The position numbers and the translations under genes are program-made. From Octopus sinensis (Eukaryota): a DNA stretch of 64,000 nt. Shown piece after piece: positions 38,889-53,083 of this stretch (positions within the stretch are counted from its first letter, which is position 1; each line of letters opens with the position of its first letter). The notes below the pieces were generated by a model. The model had not been told where the DNA came from. It saw nothing but the letters and a program-made list of their open reading frames with translations, and did not search any database. The stretch spans positions 89,218,001-89,282,000 of the forward strand of contig NC_042998.1 in NCBI RefSeq assembly GCF_006345805.1. Reading direction: 5' to 3'.

Positions 38889-39057
38889 AGGCGTAGGAGT
38901 GGCTGTGTGGCAAATAGCTTGCTTACGAACCACATGGTTCCGGGTTCAGTCCTACTGTGTGGTACCTTGGGCAAGTGTCTTCTATTATAACCGCGGGCCG
39001 ACCAAAGCTTTGTGAGTGGATTTGGTAGACCGAAACTGAAAGAAGCTTGTCGTAATA

Positions 39058-39115
<58 letters not shown>

Positions 39116-39258
39116 GTGTGTGTGTGTATGTGTGTATATGTTTGTGTGTCTGTTCGTGCCTCCACCATCGCTTGACGACCGATGGTGTGTTTACGTCCCC
39201 ATAACTTAGAGGATCGACAAAGAGACCGATAGAATAAGTTCTGGGGTCGATTTGGCAT
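38889..39258 (+). mobile_element. SINE with internal (TA)n/(TG)n tract (third family); a related copy lies at ~50240-50610
   Basis: GGCGTAGGAGTGGCTGTGTGG...GGGTTCAGTCCTACTG...CCTTGGGCAAGTGTCTTCT...GAAACTGAAAGAAGC-[microsatellite]-...GATAGAATAAGT; the same layout recurs at 50240. Confidence 0.8.
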
Positions 39259-39315
39259 TTCAAATGACTAAAACAGGCAAAAGAATATAAGAATACACAC
39301 ACAGACACACACACA

Positions 39316-39360
<45 letters not shown>

Positions 39361-39373
39361 ATATATATATGTG

Positions 39374-39404
<31 letters not shown>

Positions 39405-39506
39405 GTGTGTGTGTGTATAGGTATGTATATAAACATACATACATTGCTTATATATAAACATATATATATATACATACATATATATATATATTTATATATA
39501 TATATG

Positions 39507-39553
<47 letters not shown>

Positions 39554-41544
39554 TGAATCGGTTTTTCTTATTATTTGTTAATGTTCTCTTTGATGCTAAG
39601 TTTTTAAGACCATTTATGAAACTATTACATCCAATGTCTAATTTCTAAATGGTAATATTTTGGACGACTTTTCTCGCTATTGCTTTTTTTTTCTTTCTTT
39701 CTTTCTTTCTTTTTTCTTTTTTTTCTGTTGGCTATTTCAAACTATCAGCAATCGGGTGGGTATGTGGTTAGTTGCTACAGCTTTTTCAACACCAGAACAC
39801 TGACTGTAATTATTTAGTTTATTATTAACACTGTTACTGAAACAGATTTTGAAAATAGTTCCTAAATCATTCAGATTAAAGCAGAAATAATAGGCAAGTC
39901 TAAAGTAAAAACAATTAAACTGGCCTAGTGGAGTTTGAAAGACGGAAAAGACATTAACACGGCAGTCATTCTCTTCAGTTTGATATCGACTCACTTATAT
40001 ATAAAAACCAGCAATTATTATTATCCAGTATAGAGGAATTATAAGTAGTCTTTGTCGTACCATATACAGTGTTTTAAGAGGAGATTTTTACATATGCCAA
40101 AGAAATATCAAAAAAGTCAACCAAGCGTTATATGTCGTATCGCATACATATATGGAATAGGAAAGTAGATTATTCCAATGAACTGTAATGTATCTTAAAC
40201 TATATTTTAACTCACACACCAATAAACATGGTAATGCATCGTTGTTTGTTATATTATGTTGCACTCTATATTTGAAATGAAGCTGATTTCAGCAGCCTCG
40301 TTTGATATGATATTTCAACCAAATATTGTCATTCAATATCCAGTATAATTTCTGTAGTTCTACATTTTCGTTTTTACAAGTGATTTAACATGTTATTTTT
40401 CTTATTTCCTTCAAATAATTGTATGAAAGCTTGTCTAACCACAAGGCTCAATGTAGAGAACTCGTTGAGGATTTCTTCTGATTTAAATGTATTCATGGAT
40501 ATCATTTCTATCTGGACTCAACTAACCTTTTCATATTAACAAATAAGGCACACAACCTGCTTTTCTCTGAGATACACATGACAACTACCTATAGCTTATA
40601 TCTGCTGTCCGGGCTCCATTCTTTACATTCTGATTTATCTCTGAATATGTGGCACTTGGCAATATTTAGAATCCACTCTCCTTGCCTCTTGTCTCGTAAC
40701 TAATAACCAACTGTAAACCCATCCACTTGATATAACTCATTCTCTCCCAGCTTAGTCTGAACTTGCTTTGATATGTTAAGAATAATTATGCAAATATTTG
40801 TTCCAGATATTGTCGTACACATTGTTAATAACTTTTTATTGGTTGGCAGATGTAAACGCCAATCAGCAAACACTTTGTTCGCTGAAAGTATATACAAAAC
40901 CAGCGGTTTCATTTAGAGTCAGAGTTTCGGCTGTTTCTGACTGATGAGACACATGTCAAAACACTGGTGTCCTAAAATGCCATGCGTCAATGAGCCGCGT
41001 ATGTTGAACACAATGTCGTTGTAAAAGAAGTTATTCTCCTATGACGTTGACTACAGTGACCAGCATCTTTTGCGTCTGAACCTGCCTAGTCGTGTTAAGA
41101 ATAAATATGCAATAAATCGTTCTTCCATTTTTAATTCACTAAATTCTTCTGGGTTCTCTAACGCTCTTCAAACTCTTACAGCCATCAACAACTCTTCCCC
41201 AGTCTTTCCTCCTACAGAGAGGTTATTTATTTCCGCAACAGCATCAGTATCGTCACATTCTTGTTATCATGATTGATACGCAGACACACCAATCATTTTT
41301 TTCTCGCCTCACTTCTAAACCGTAACAGGTACCGCAACGATTCCCTTCAGGCACTCTTACAGTTCAATTAATCCACTGCCCTGGGTTAGTACGTTTTTTA
41401 TCGATTCTGAAAGAACAAAGTTCATAGTCGACGTTAGCCCCATTTGAACTTAGAACGCAGCGAGTCGAAATAAACACCGTGAAGCATCCTGCCGATGCTC
41501 TTATGACTTAGCCAATTAACTGGCCTCTTTACATTACCCTCAAA

Positions 41545-41975
41545 CATATCTCACCAGAAGTAGCTATTCTTCTTGCTAGACTGTTCAGTTTTTCTTTATT
41601 GCGATCTATCTTAATATTTGGTTTCATTATCGTACAAAATGCCACGTATCCAAAAAGGATAACCCTCTTACCCGGCGAAACATCAACGTATGGCTTTTAC
41701 ATTTATCTTTTCAAGCGTGACAGAAACAGCCATTAACATTATCACCTTTTCAAGATATTGTGTTCTCCTTAGCAACATTGATAACCGATAATACTTCTGC
41801 AAGTATAACTCCACCAGAGCCCTACTCTACTCTCTCATTCATCACTAATCTCCCATCAATGAGAATTTCTGACAATGCATTGTCTGGATGATAGAGTACG
41901 AATAGTGTGAGGTACCTCAAGATTCTGTTATACACCATACTCTCTTCCTTTCATATATTATCTATCTACTTGCTG
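41545..41975 (+). pseudogene. Decayed CR1/Jockey/L2-like reverse transcriptase fragment
   Basis: PEVAILLARLFSFSL...PKG*PS (APxLARLFNxSL...PKKGDPS-like) and xxPQDSVI..TLFLSYI (GVPQGSVLxPxLFxxYI-like). Confidence 0.6.
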
Positions 41976-44098
41976 CCATTTATAACAACGCATAGTTTTC
42001 TGTAAATTATACTATTTTCCAATCCTGTCTAACCTTCTGCACTCGAAACTGCGCTGCCTTCGACTGTAATCGACTGTACCTGAAATCATTGATATTATTT
42101 CTAACATAGAAATCAAAACTTACTCGCGCTAGAATCTTCTGAACGTAGAATTCCCAAAAGATTCATTGATCAAAAGTTGCATTAACACTGAGTCATTTGT
42201 TTTGATATATTTCATTTAATTAACTTGAGGATATTTTAGTATCAAAGATTTTTCACTCGAATATCTGAGAGTGTCCTAATTAACAAAATAATTAAGAATA
42301 ATTCAGTTTGTCGGGGTTTTTTTTGTGCATTTGTTCATTATGTTATTTCTTTTCTGCGGCAAAGTGAACTTAAAAACTTAAATAATATTCCAGTAGATGA
42401 TTAATAATAGAGGTCGGTATTTCATATTATGGCAAATGAAACACACTGCAATGTAATTCCAAATTTCATTAATTAATTATTTAATGTATTAATTTTTAAG
42501 GATTGGTTTAGTCAAATTTTTGTATAGTAATACATTCTATACAGTCACCTGTAATTCCTTAAACCCAAAATTAATTTGACGATTAGTATCCACCAAACCC
42601 ATAGAAGTGTCTCCTGAAAGGAAATATAATTTTAGAATATAAGATGTATTATATAATGTTTTTCATGTGTCGCAGAATATCTTTCTTCGGAAAACATCAC
42701 TCCGGATAGCCTTATTTGGTTTGTGACTATAGCTGCTACATCTGATACTGGAGTGGAGTTGCTAACCTAAGGAAGAATAACGCAGTGAAAGCTTTCTTGG
42801 ATACTACATTCCTCTCATGTTAATAAAATAAACTGTTATTAAAACTTTTGAATACGAAAAAAAGAAAGAAAAAAAACCCAGATGTGTTTGCCAGTGTAGG
42901 TTCGGAGTAGCACATAAAATAATCAAACTGTGCTAAACAAAGAACTAGAAATGAGTTACAGAATAAAACAGGAGGTTCGTAATGAGAAGTTTGTAGCAGA
43001 AAGACACAGTTACAGTTTTGATCAAAAGCATGTATATGCATGGATCAAAGACAGCCGGGTCGATGAGATGTGAGACTACTTGCTTATTTCAAATGTTTCG
43101 TTATATTTCTAGGTAGATCGTTATAATCTACATACCTCGGCTGACCTGGTTATTGAGAAGGTTACTTGAAGACGCCCATCATTCTATCTAGGTGATGTTA
43201 TCCCCTTAACGCTTGTAACTAGATATAAGCTGTGGTCTTTTAAATGCCCTTCGGGTTTTAAGATGTATTTCACATGATGTGAGTATATTTAACAGACTTT
43301 TTCAGACGCTCTAATATGTTTTTGCTCAAAGGAGAAAAAAATAGTACCACAGTAAATAGATCAGTAGAACTCCCCACTTTGGTTGTCATAGGACTTATGG
43401 ATCAATGATTGTTGAAAGATGGGACCAAAGAAGAAAAAATTGGATAGTATTATGTAATATAATGAAAGGAATTTTGATTAACTTTCTTAATACAATGTAT
43501 CATAATACACCGTATTATGGAATATCAAAAATGTCACAATTGTTTAAAGAATCTGAAATGAATACAAAGAATGGTCAGACTTAAGGCAAAATACCAATTG
43601 TTTGTTGGTTCTTATCTTTAGCGACAAGTCAAGCCTGAATCAGAAAGTACCCTCAAGGGCCACATGGGCCCTGACTGTGAACCACAGATTTAGATGATAT
43701 TTTTGATTATTTAAAAACTACTTTTATTTTTGGAAGAGTTACTGTATTTTCTTTTCCTTTTATGCAAACTGTCAAATTTATCCCGAGCACCTTGTCTTTA
43801 CCATAATTCACCTAGAATGCTTAGCGTATATAAACACATATGCCAACTCAACCACCCACATTCACATACACGCACATGATCGCGTGAACGCGTGTGTGCA
43901 TAAATATATTTAACCATTTATCGTTATAAAAGAACCTGATAGCACATTTAGAACGTGTATTCCACCTCCAAGTATGTACATAGTTGTTAGTTGCTTTATC
44001 TCATAGAAGGTTTTCTATCTTAGGGATACGTAATGCTTTCCGTGGGTGTGTTTCTAGACTAAGTATTATCGCGTCTTAGGTATGATTAAATGTCACTT

Positions 44099-44162
<64 letters not shown>

Positions 44163-44390
44163 GAGAAAGAAAAAGACAGAAAGAAAGCGGGAGCTAGCGG
44201 TTGGTAATAATTACGGTATCGGTACTGGTGGAGTTATTGATGACAACAGTGATGGAAACACTTTAAGAAGTAAAGTTCGATGGTGATGTTTGGCTAGTAG
44301 TAGCATCAGCATCAGCATCAGCAGCAACAATAGTAGCAGCAGTAGTAGTAGTAGCAGCAGCAACAGTAGCAGCAGCAGGAACAGTAACCC

Positions 44391-44423
<33 letters not shown>

Positions 44424-45341
44424 TAGTTGTTGTTGTTGTAGTTGATGTTATTGTACGGTGACGTCGGCGGTGATGAATGTGAAGCAATGATGATGATTCG
44501 AAATGAAAGCATTTTGCGGCCGAGGGAGGATGGTGGTGGTGGTGGTTGTAGGGAAGGATGGTCGGCTTCTAATATTTTTAGTTTTAGTGTTAGTTTATTT
44601 ATTTTAGGCCTTTACATCTGTTTTTACTTGAAATACACAATGTACATACATAATAAACGCAACAGCAGAAAATCGGATAAATTTAGGAACTACACCAGCC
44701 AGTAGACAGTGCATATGAGTTGATTAAATAAATACTCCACGATATTTTGTTTGCTTGCTTATTTATTCATTTACTCTTTCAAGAAGCCACAGGTGGGTTC
44801 ACTAAGGCATGTGCCTTTGCTTTTAGGTATTTCGGGTGTAATGGTTCTGAACATAAAGGTTATCACCGGGGGTACCACGACTGAAGTCAGTAAAAGGGAG
44901 GGGCATTTAATATAAGGTCAATGTGGTGCTACTTTGAAAAGTTTGAGAGCATGAGAGAGAAATGGAGGTAGAAGACAAAAAATAATAATCTGCGGTAACC
45001 ACTTGGAATGTGTTAGCTGCCACCAACAGAGATTGAGAAAAATCAAAAAATAACAAAATAAAAACAAAAAAACAGAAGTCAGACAAGCATAAGCAAAATA
45101 GCATCTGTGTGATCCCTAGTTTTATTCTGTTCGCTTACAAAATAACTGCTATGACCCTTCAACATGACAATGAAGTTACGATATCGTTAACAAAGATGGC
45201 AATCTCATCTAATCGGGTCCTGAACCTGGTTCAGAACTTCAAGAAAACTCTATTGCCTTTCATAAATATCACAAACATAAAGGTGTGTAGAGGATAAGTT
45301 GCCGATTTCTTAGTCAAAAGATCAATATATATCAGCGGCAA

Positions 45342-45635
45342 GGCGGCGAGCTGGCAGAAGCGTTAGCACGCCGGGCAAAATGCTTACCGGTATTTCGTCT
45401 GTCTACGTTCTGAGTTCAAACTCCGCCAAGGTCGACTTTGCCTTTCATCCTTTCGGGGTCGATTAAATAAGTACCAGTTGCGCACTGGGGTCGATGTAAT
45501 CGACTTAATCCATTTGTCTGTCCTTGTTTGTCCCTCTGTGTTTAGCCCCTTGTGTGTAGTAAAGAAATAGGTATTTCGTCTGTCTTTACGTTCTGAGTTC
45601 AAACTCCGCCAAGGTCGACTTTGCCTTTCATCCTT
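45342..45635 (+). mobile_element. Octopus-type SINE, partial dimer
   Basis: Full monomer, then the junction AGTAAAGAAATA|GGTATTTCG and a second copy starting inside the head. Confidence 0.85.
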
Positions 45636-47033
45636 GGTAAAAGATATTATTACTAAATTCTCGTTGGACGAAAACAATCAGATGATAATTTGTGTCGCAG
45701 CTTTTGGAGATAATGTTTCCCATGCTGGCCTTTACGGTACCTGTGTAGGTTGGTTTCAGTTCCCCGATCTCTTGGTTTCGATGAACGGGATCCAAGATTG
45801 AAGCATAATATTATTCTCGTCCCTCTATTAGAATACGTGTATATGTTGATTTGTTGGTTTTAAAAGGGGAAACCTGCATAATTTACCTCGTCACCATCAA
45901 CAGATGGTATGGTTTTCTCTATATCATTGTTTTAGATAGGCATAAAGCTGGTAATTTGAAAGATTCTGCAGCTACAGGATGATTACTGATATATTAGGGG
46001 TTGTCTGCTTCTGATTACGGTAAAAAATCTGGAAAGTAATATTGTCTAGCTGACTAATGTTAACGGTATTAAAAAATTTGTTGTTTATGCGTAGTTGGGA
46101 TATTTCGCTGGCTCAAGACTAGAACGATATTTATTGATGGTGACGACAATGATGATGTAGACATCAATGACGGTAACTACGACGACAAGGACGACGATGA
46201 CGACTCCAGTGGTGGCGGCAGCTGCGGTGGTGGTGGGGTTGTGGTAGTGATCCGAGTGATGTAAATTAACGAGAGCTACAAGTACTTTTCATGTAATACA
46301 TAAGTTTTTAAAAAAAATATTCTAATAAGCATGTTGGTTTAAGTTGGTTTAAGGTATATGACTTCTGCACCATGTAAATGACTTTTGGGCCACTAGTGCT
46401 CATTTATACAAAGCTAGAATTGTCCATCTTTAACAAAAAAAATATCTGAATGCGGAACAGGATATACAATAGAATTTGGTACATGTCTGTTATTATTGTT
46501 TAGCCCCAGATCAACCCTAATTGAGCAGTTATAAAATCAAGACGTTCTACCACTCCCCATCTAGTAATTTCAGGCGTAGATTTACTCAGACAGCATGAGC
46601 CAATATGTTCTATATTTTTAAAGATGATAGGGAGAACTTCGGCTGCAATTTCACAAGATCCTAGAAATTTGAGAAATTTGGTTACTAAGTTTGGCAGGAC
46701 AAGCGATCACTGAAGCTATTATGTTTTTGCTTCCGATTAGATAGATGCTGTCGATGTTCTGTTTGAAAATCTTGATCGATGACTGAAAGAACAATTCTGG
46801 GAAATAGATTTGGGACAAGTGATTGCTGAGTAACTGTGAAGTAAGACAATATATTTCTTGGTAAGAACCGATTGTTCACAGTGTATAGACTGACGCTGAC
46901 TAGAGAAAGCATGCAGTTTGCCAGCTCGTAGGAGCAGATGCTGTAATAGAAGACTCACAGGAGAAAAGGACAAGAAACAGCAGAGCAGTGAGCCAGAATT
47001 TTAAGTGAGTTGGTGAGATAATATTTGTTCAAT

Positions 47034-47246
47034 CAAAGGCGGCGATCAGGCAGAAACGTTAGCAGGCCGGCTGAAATGCTTACCGGTATTTCGTCTGTCT
47101 TTATGTTCTGAGTTCAAACTACGCCGAGGTCGACTTTGCCTTTCATTCTTTCGAGGTCGATAAATTAAGTACCAGTTGCGTACTGGGGTAGATCTAATCA
47201 ACTTACCCCCTCCCTCAAAATTTCAGGCCTTGTGCTGAGAGTAGAA
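47034..47246 (+). mobile_element. Full-length octopus-type SINE with a perfect 14-bp TSD
   Basis: AATATTTGTTCAAT at 47020-47033 and 47247-47260 flanks AAGGCGGCGATCAGGCAGAAACGTTAG...GGCCTTGTGCTGAGAGTAGAA. Confidence 0.92.
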
Positions 47247-50160
47247 AATATTTGTTCAATTAACTATATGACCTGTTTTGGAGTTCAGTCTTATGGGAAG
47301 ATGCATATAGTAGTAGCATTATTACAGCTATGCAACCAGTAATCTAATGTGGGTTCTCCTTGAGATATTTAGAGAAAGTTAGTAACTGATGAATGTTCAA
47401 GTATTTTTAACCTCAAAGAAGAAACCTCGTGTTTGTTATGACGTTTTCCCAATATTATATATATTTAGGTGGTCATTAGAGACCGCCAGAAATTATGACC
47501 CCTTAGCTTTGCTACGACTTTGAGGGGTTTATGGTAATTTCTTAATGAATTTGGAGAGCGAGGTAGAATATTGCTTCTTTGATATGTGCCATGTTTGTCT
47601 TTGTGCTATTGTGAGATACTACTCCCTTTAAGGGATATAATCGAAGTCTTTGTTCATAGGAGAGTGCAGTTGTCTAGATTTCATCACATGTGTGAAGAAT
47701 GTTTAAGAGCGAATGAAGTTAGTATCATATGTATGAGTGTATGTTACATTAACAATTTCCTGCTTCTTAATGTAAGAAAGCAAAAGTGTAGTAGACATAT
47801 CTGAATCTTGGATACACTACAATTAAGAAATATGAGAGATATAAACAAACTTTGTTATACAAGCGCAGATAGAGTGTGAATCAGACAAATCACTGTCAGC
47901 CTGCTCGCAATCGAGTGGTCAGCCAGTCACTTCTGAGGCACACACATACACGCGCGCGCACATACACACAGAAGCACATTCACCAAATCACTCTAATTAC
48001 TAGCTCACTGCTCTGCAGTTTCTTCTCCTATCTTCTTGTGTGTCTACTATTACAGCATCTGCTCCTACAACATTGCTTTCTTTACTCAGTGTCAGTCCAT
48101 ACACTATCCATCCGCCTGTTTCGAATAAATATATTGTCTCACTTCATAGCTACACAGTAAGCACGCGTTCCACACATGAACACTAACATGGCTCATATCG
48201 TGCACAACTCTTAGTAATCATTATCATCACACATCATTGGGGGATTGATTTTCGTTATTTACACGGAAATAAGTGTGGGACTTATTACTTTTATGACTTT
48301 TCCAAGATATTAGTAATTTAACTAAAGAGTTACAGCTAATACAGGATATCAAAACCGGACTATGACCCCTAGCAGAGTAACGTTATTCGCTAGAAATAAC
48401 AGCCAAATCTTTCCAAAGTAACATTCCGTTGATTCTAAATAGAGGGTACCACATAATATCATTCTAGAATAAACTGAACGGATGGCTACGAGCAGAATGC
48501 TTTTAATCATAGGTTTCCACGACCAGGACTGACTTTGAATAAAAAAACAATTACAATAATAATATACAACAACAAAAACAACAATAACAACTTCAGTAAT
48601 AATAATAGTACATATCTCGTTAACCATATGGTGAAGGAAAATGATGTATGGTGAAGGAAAATGATGTAAGTTGAAATAAAATAGCAAACAATTGAAAACG
48701 ACTCACTTGAGACGTGTGTTGTAATGGTTTTAACATTTGTATTATCCAGAACTAAGTGGGGATGACGACATTATAATGTAGAGACATATTCATGCAGCGT
48801 ACAAGCATAAAACCACAAAATGAAACCACGTGTCGACACCAAATTGTGTAAAACCTGAAAAGAGAAAATAAAAACATATTGAAGTAGCTTACGATAAATA
48901 ACTTCTGAATTAACAAATGACTTCAAAATTTGAGCATTTTCACGATGCAAATAAAATATTTACATGTTTTAAAAACTGGAGCTCAGTTTCCTCCACGTCC
49001 CCAAACCCAGAATATATGAGTGAAGAACGAATAATAGGACTTTTACGTTTAATTAGGTTTTGTTCTGCAGCGACGTGAAACAGTGAGCTTATCAATTTCA
49101 GATGGTAATTAGTTGATAAACATTATCTCTAAGCTTTGATAAGATATATTACTTAAAGCAAAATTTGAAACTGGGATAGCAAGTTATATAATAAACTGGT
49201 CATGTTTATATTAGTCTCCCGTGGCTTTGAAAGGTGAATAAAGTGTGTCCTGTTGTATCTATGACTGGGTGATTTATATCAGTGATTCTCAAACTGACAG
49301 ACACCAGACCTGAACACTCCACCACACACACCAAATTAGTAGACTCGTCGCTCCACCTCTCACTTTACTAAAGAGAGTTCAACATTTGTTCGTTCCTAAT
49401 TCTTCTTTCTTCGCCACGGAGATTGACAAATAGAAACAGTTTAAAACCATTGTATTTGATAAAACACTGCATTTGTCCGACTATTCTTCAACCCTCACTG
49501 TTCGGTGATTTTACTAGAGACAGAGTAAAAGTTTGTTGTCTATTTGCTGGCTATCTCTTTACCGTATCAGATTATCCTCGCTGACCCGCGGAAATACGAG
49601 TAGGTATCAATACATACTCCCGTACTCTCGTTACTGTGGAAATAAAGACTATATATAATTTAGCTCAAATTTCAAACTAACATAGATAAATGTTACGTCA
49701 CATAGCCTATAGTGAATGTTATTCATAAAGACGAGCTACTGAAGTCTACAAAGAGCATTACTAAATTTACCAGATATAGTTACAAAAAGAGTTCCAAGAG
49801 CTTCAGTGAAATTAGCTGTTTAAACGATATTCCAGTTTCTTATTCTACTCTCGCTGTTTTGAAGCTTCAGTGAAATTAGCTGTTTTCCATTTTTATTATT
49901 TCCTGTTATGGCAATATTGCCCCTAGTTGGATATCATTCTTCCTTGAAGCTGTGTGAAAAGGTGGCGTGGCTATAACATTGGCAGAAACAGAACTTAGAG
50001 AAAAACATATTTTGCAGAAATTATGGGTAAGCGCTTTTTGTGAGGCCAGTGAAAAGTTTCTCGACTGATATTTATATGACATTGAAGGAAACAATTCATC
50101 AAATTCCTTTTATTATTGTGTGTGAGCGTATGTATGTATGTATGTATGTATGTATGTATG

Positions 50161-50213
<53 letters not shown>

Positions 50214-51309
50214 ATATATACATATATTAAACAGTCTTGACTGTATGGCTAAGAAGCTCGCTTTGCAACCATGTGGTTTCGAGTTCAGTCCCACTGCGAG
50301 GCTAGTGTCTTCTGCTATAGTCACAGGTCGACCAATACTTGTTAGTGAATTTGGCTGGCGGAAACTGCGGAAAGCCCGTCAACATATGTATATATATAAA
50401 TGCATATATATATGTATGTATGTATATATAGATATATGTGAGTGTGTGCGTTTGTGTTTGTCCCCACACCACTTCACAACAGGCATTGTTTTAATTCCCT
50501 ATAATGTAGCGGTTAAGCAAAAGAAAACGATAGAATAAGTACCAGACTTTAAAATAAGTACTGGTATCAAGTTCAACGATTATTTCCAGAAGGCGGTGCT
50601 TCAGTATGATTGCAGTTTACTAACTAAATCCAGTACAAGCCCGAATAAATTTTGTATCTAAATAAAACTTATGTAGATTTCCTTTCATATTTTTATTCTA
50701 TCTCAAAGTGAATAGAGACAGTCATTTCTAGGTTTCTGTCAGACATAATAAATACAGATATTTCATTCATTTGCTAACAGTCCGTCTTAATCTGATATAA
50801 GTAGATTCATTGAATCATAAAGAGAGATTTAAAAGCGAAACCCAACCATGAGAAAAAGAAGTTCAATATAGAAACATGACATTTTAAATATGTGAGCTAA
50901 ATTGGTGAGCCAGTAGCCTGAAAACATAAAATGGCGTATGTCTAATGCTCACAAATAACTTTGCAGTTATCTGTTCACTTTAAACATAAGTACAATTATG
51001 ATAACATGTGCAGGCCAGACATGATACTTGCCTGCGGAGAATGAATATGTACGTCAAGATGTTGAACAAAGAAAATATTTTTCTTATTTGGGTCGACTAT
51101 CTTGTCATAGAGTAAAAATCCCTTAGAAACAATATAGCAAACAAAATTGATAAAAGATAGGTTGGCTTAAATTTCACTTCGTTATGGACATTTGCACACT
51201 AATGTCTCCAACAAATAGATACCCATCCTTACCAAAAATAATCAAAAATCTATAGTAAGAACTGTGTATGAAATACGTTTTATACAAGAATATGTACATA
51301 CATACATAG

Positions 51310-51603
51310 GAGCACTCCGTCGGTTACGACGACGAGGATCCCAGCTGATACGATTAACGGAACAGTTTTCTCGTCAAATTAACGTGCAAGTGGCTGAGTA
51401 ATCCACAGACAAATGTACCCCCAACGTAGTTCTCAGGGAGATTCAGCGTGACACAGAGTGCGACAAGGCTGGTACTTTGAAATATAGGTACAACTTACTT
51501 TTGCCAGCTGAGTGAACTAGAGCAACGTGAAATAAAGTATCTTATTCAAGTACACAATGCATCACCGGGAATTGAACTCACAATCGTGAGTCGAATGCCC
51601 TAA
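51310..51603 (-). mobile_element. CORE/Meta-like tRNA-derived SINE
   Basis: Minus strand ...GTGAGTTCAATTCCCGGTGATGCATTGTGTACTTGAATAAGATACTTTATTTCACGTTGCTCTAGTTCACTCAGCTGGCAAAA... has a B box and a CORE-like segment. Decayed relatives lie at ~15945-16085 and ~20040-20150. Confidence 0.65.
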
Positions 51604-52203
51604 GTCTAGCATCTTCACATGGTGGCTGCCCCTCGTTATCGAGTATGGCCATAGCCCGAAGCTTAATCAATGTTGTTATCGTGCAATGCCTGTGCAAGAA
51701 GATTTTTTTAAAGTGAGGAAAGGCTGTGCACTGAGTCAATCCCACTCACTAAGCAACAGCAGTCATAATCCGAAAAGAAGAACAAGTCAACATCATCGGT
51801 AACCACTGAGCCGCAGTTTTATGTCGGAGGTATCCAAGTTACCTGTGTTACCTTCTCCTAGAAGGATGCCTTAACAAAGGCTAGGAGTCCTTCACTTCCA
51901 ATGGTTTAACAGCGTGATCGGGTATTCAGTCCGATTATTTCTATGTCCTCGCGCATGATACAGCCTTAAGACATTTATTGGATGGCCGTTAACTCTCAAG
52001 AGTTCCTCCACCCTTTGACGGGTTTTGTTTTTCATCCTGCAGGGTGTCCAATAAACACCCTCCTCACCAAGCAAGCTTGGTGGGGTTGCCGGTTTAGTCG
52101 CCGACGACCCGACCATGCAACAGGTTGTACTGGGTTATATATTACCAGTAGCACCCGAAAGTGACCTGACATACATACACACTCACATACATACATACAT
52201 ACA

Positions 52204-52236
<33 letters not shown>

Positions 52237-53048
52237 GCATACATACATACATACATACATACATACATACATACATACATTCTTTCTGGTTTTCTCTACC
52301 ACCCTTCCCTATTTTTCTCTCCTTTTTTCTCTCCCTTTCACCGTTCCCTTTCTCTTACTTCTCCTCCTCCCTCTCGTCGCTGACATGTGACCAGAGGGCC
52401 ACTGTCTTTCTGACTACTGCCTTCAACAAGTGTAGACGGTTTTCCTGTCCCTTTCTTAATCCGTTGTTGTCATAGCGTTCAAAATAATTTTTCCTTCTTT
52501 TCGGCTTAACAGCCCTTACCGTTTGTGTTACTGTTATTCTCCTTGTCCTGTCTTTTACTGTTTTTATTTGTATTTTTACTGTCTTGTTTTGCTTTTACTG
52601 CCCTGTTCTTGTTACCGCAAAAAATCCCAAATTTCATTTAATTTGCTTTGCGGGAAGGACTGTTTAGAGGAAGTCGTGTCTCGCCCTTAACGTCGAAACA
52701 CAGAGTAGACGAAGCAGGGGCAGCTGAAGAAGGGGAATTTTCCTTGTGTTGTATGTCTTGTACTCTGTTTTTTCGTTGTTTAAAAAAAAGTCCGTTTCCA
52801 TGGCTTTGTTTTTATGTTTTCGTTTCTCATTGTGTTCGACATTTTTTGGTGTCCTGTGCACATATATGCATGTATATATACATATAGATGTAGGTACGTA
52901 CATATATGAATGTATATATGCATATGTTTTATTTATTATTTTGTTATTTATTATTTTGCTATCACAGAAAGCTCCTCTTACGTTCTCGGCTAACAGTCCA
53001 ATCTAATACAGAGAAGTGTACACACACATACACACGCGCACACACACT

Positions 53049-53083
<35 letters not shown>

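Noticed and set aside
42034-42079. Possible 46-nt minus-strand exon (TTTCAG acceptor, GTTAGA donor; e.g. YSRLQSKAAQFRVQK)
   Set aside because: All three frames are open, the peptide is not recognised and there are no partner exons; insufficient support without RNA-seq.
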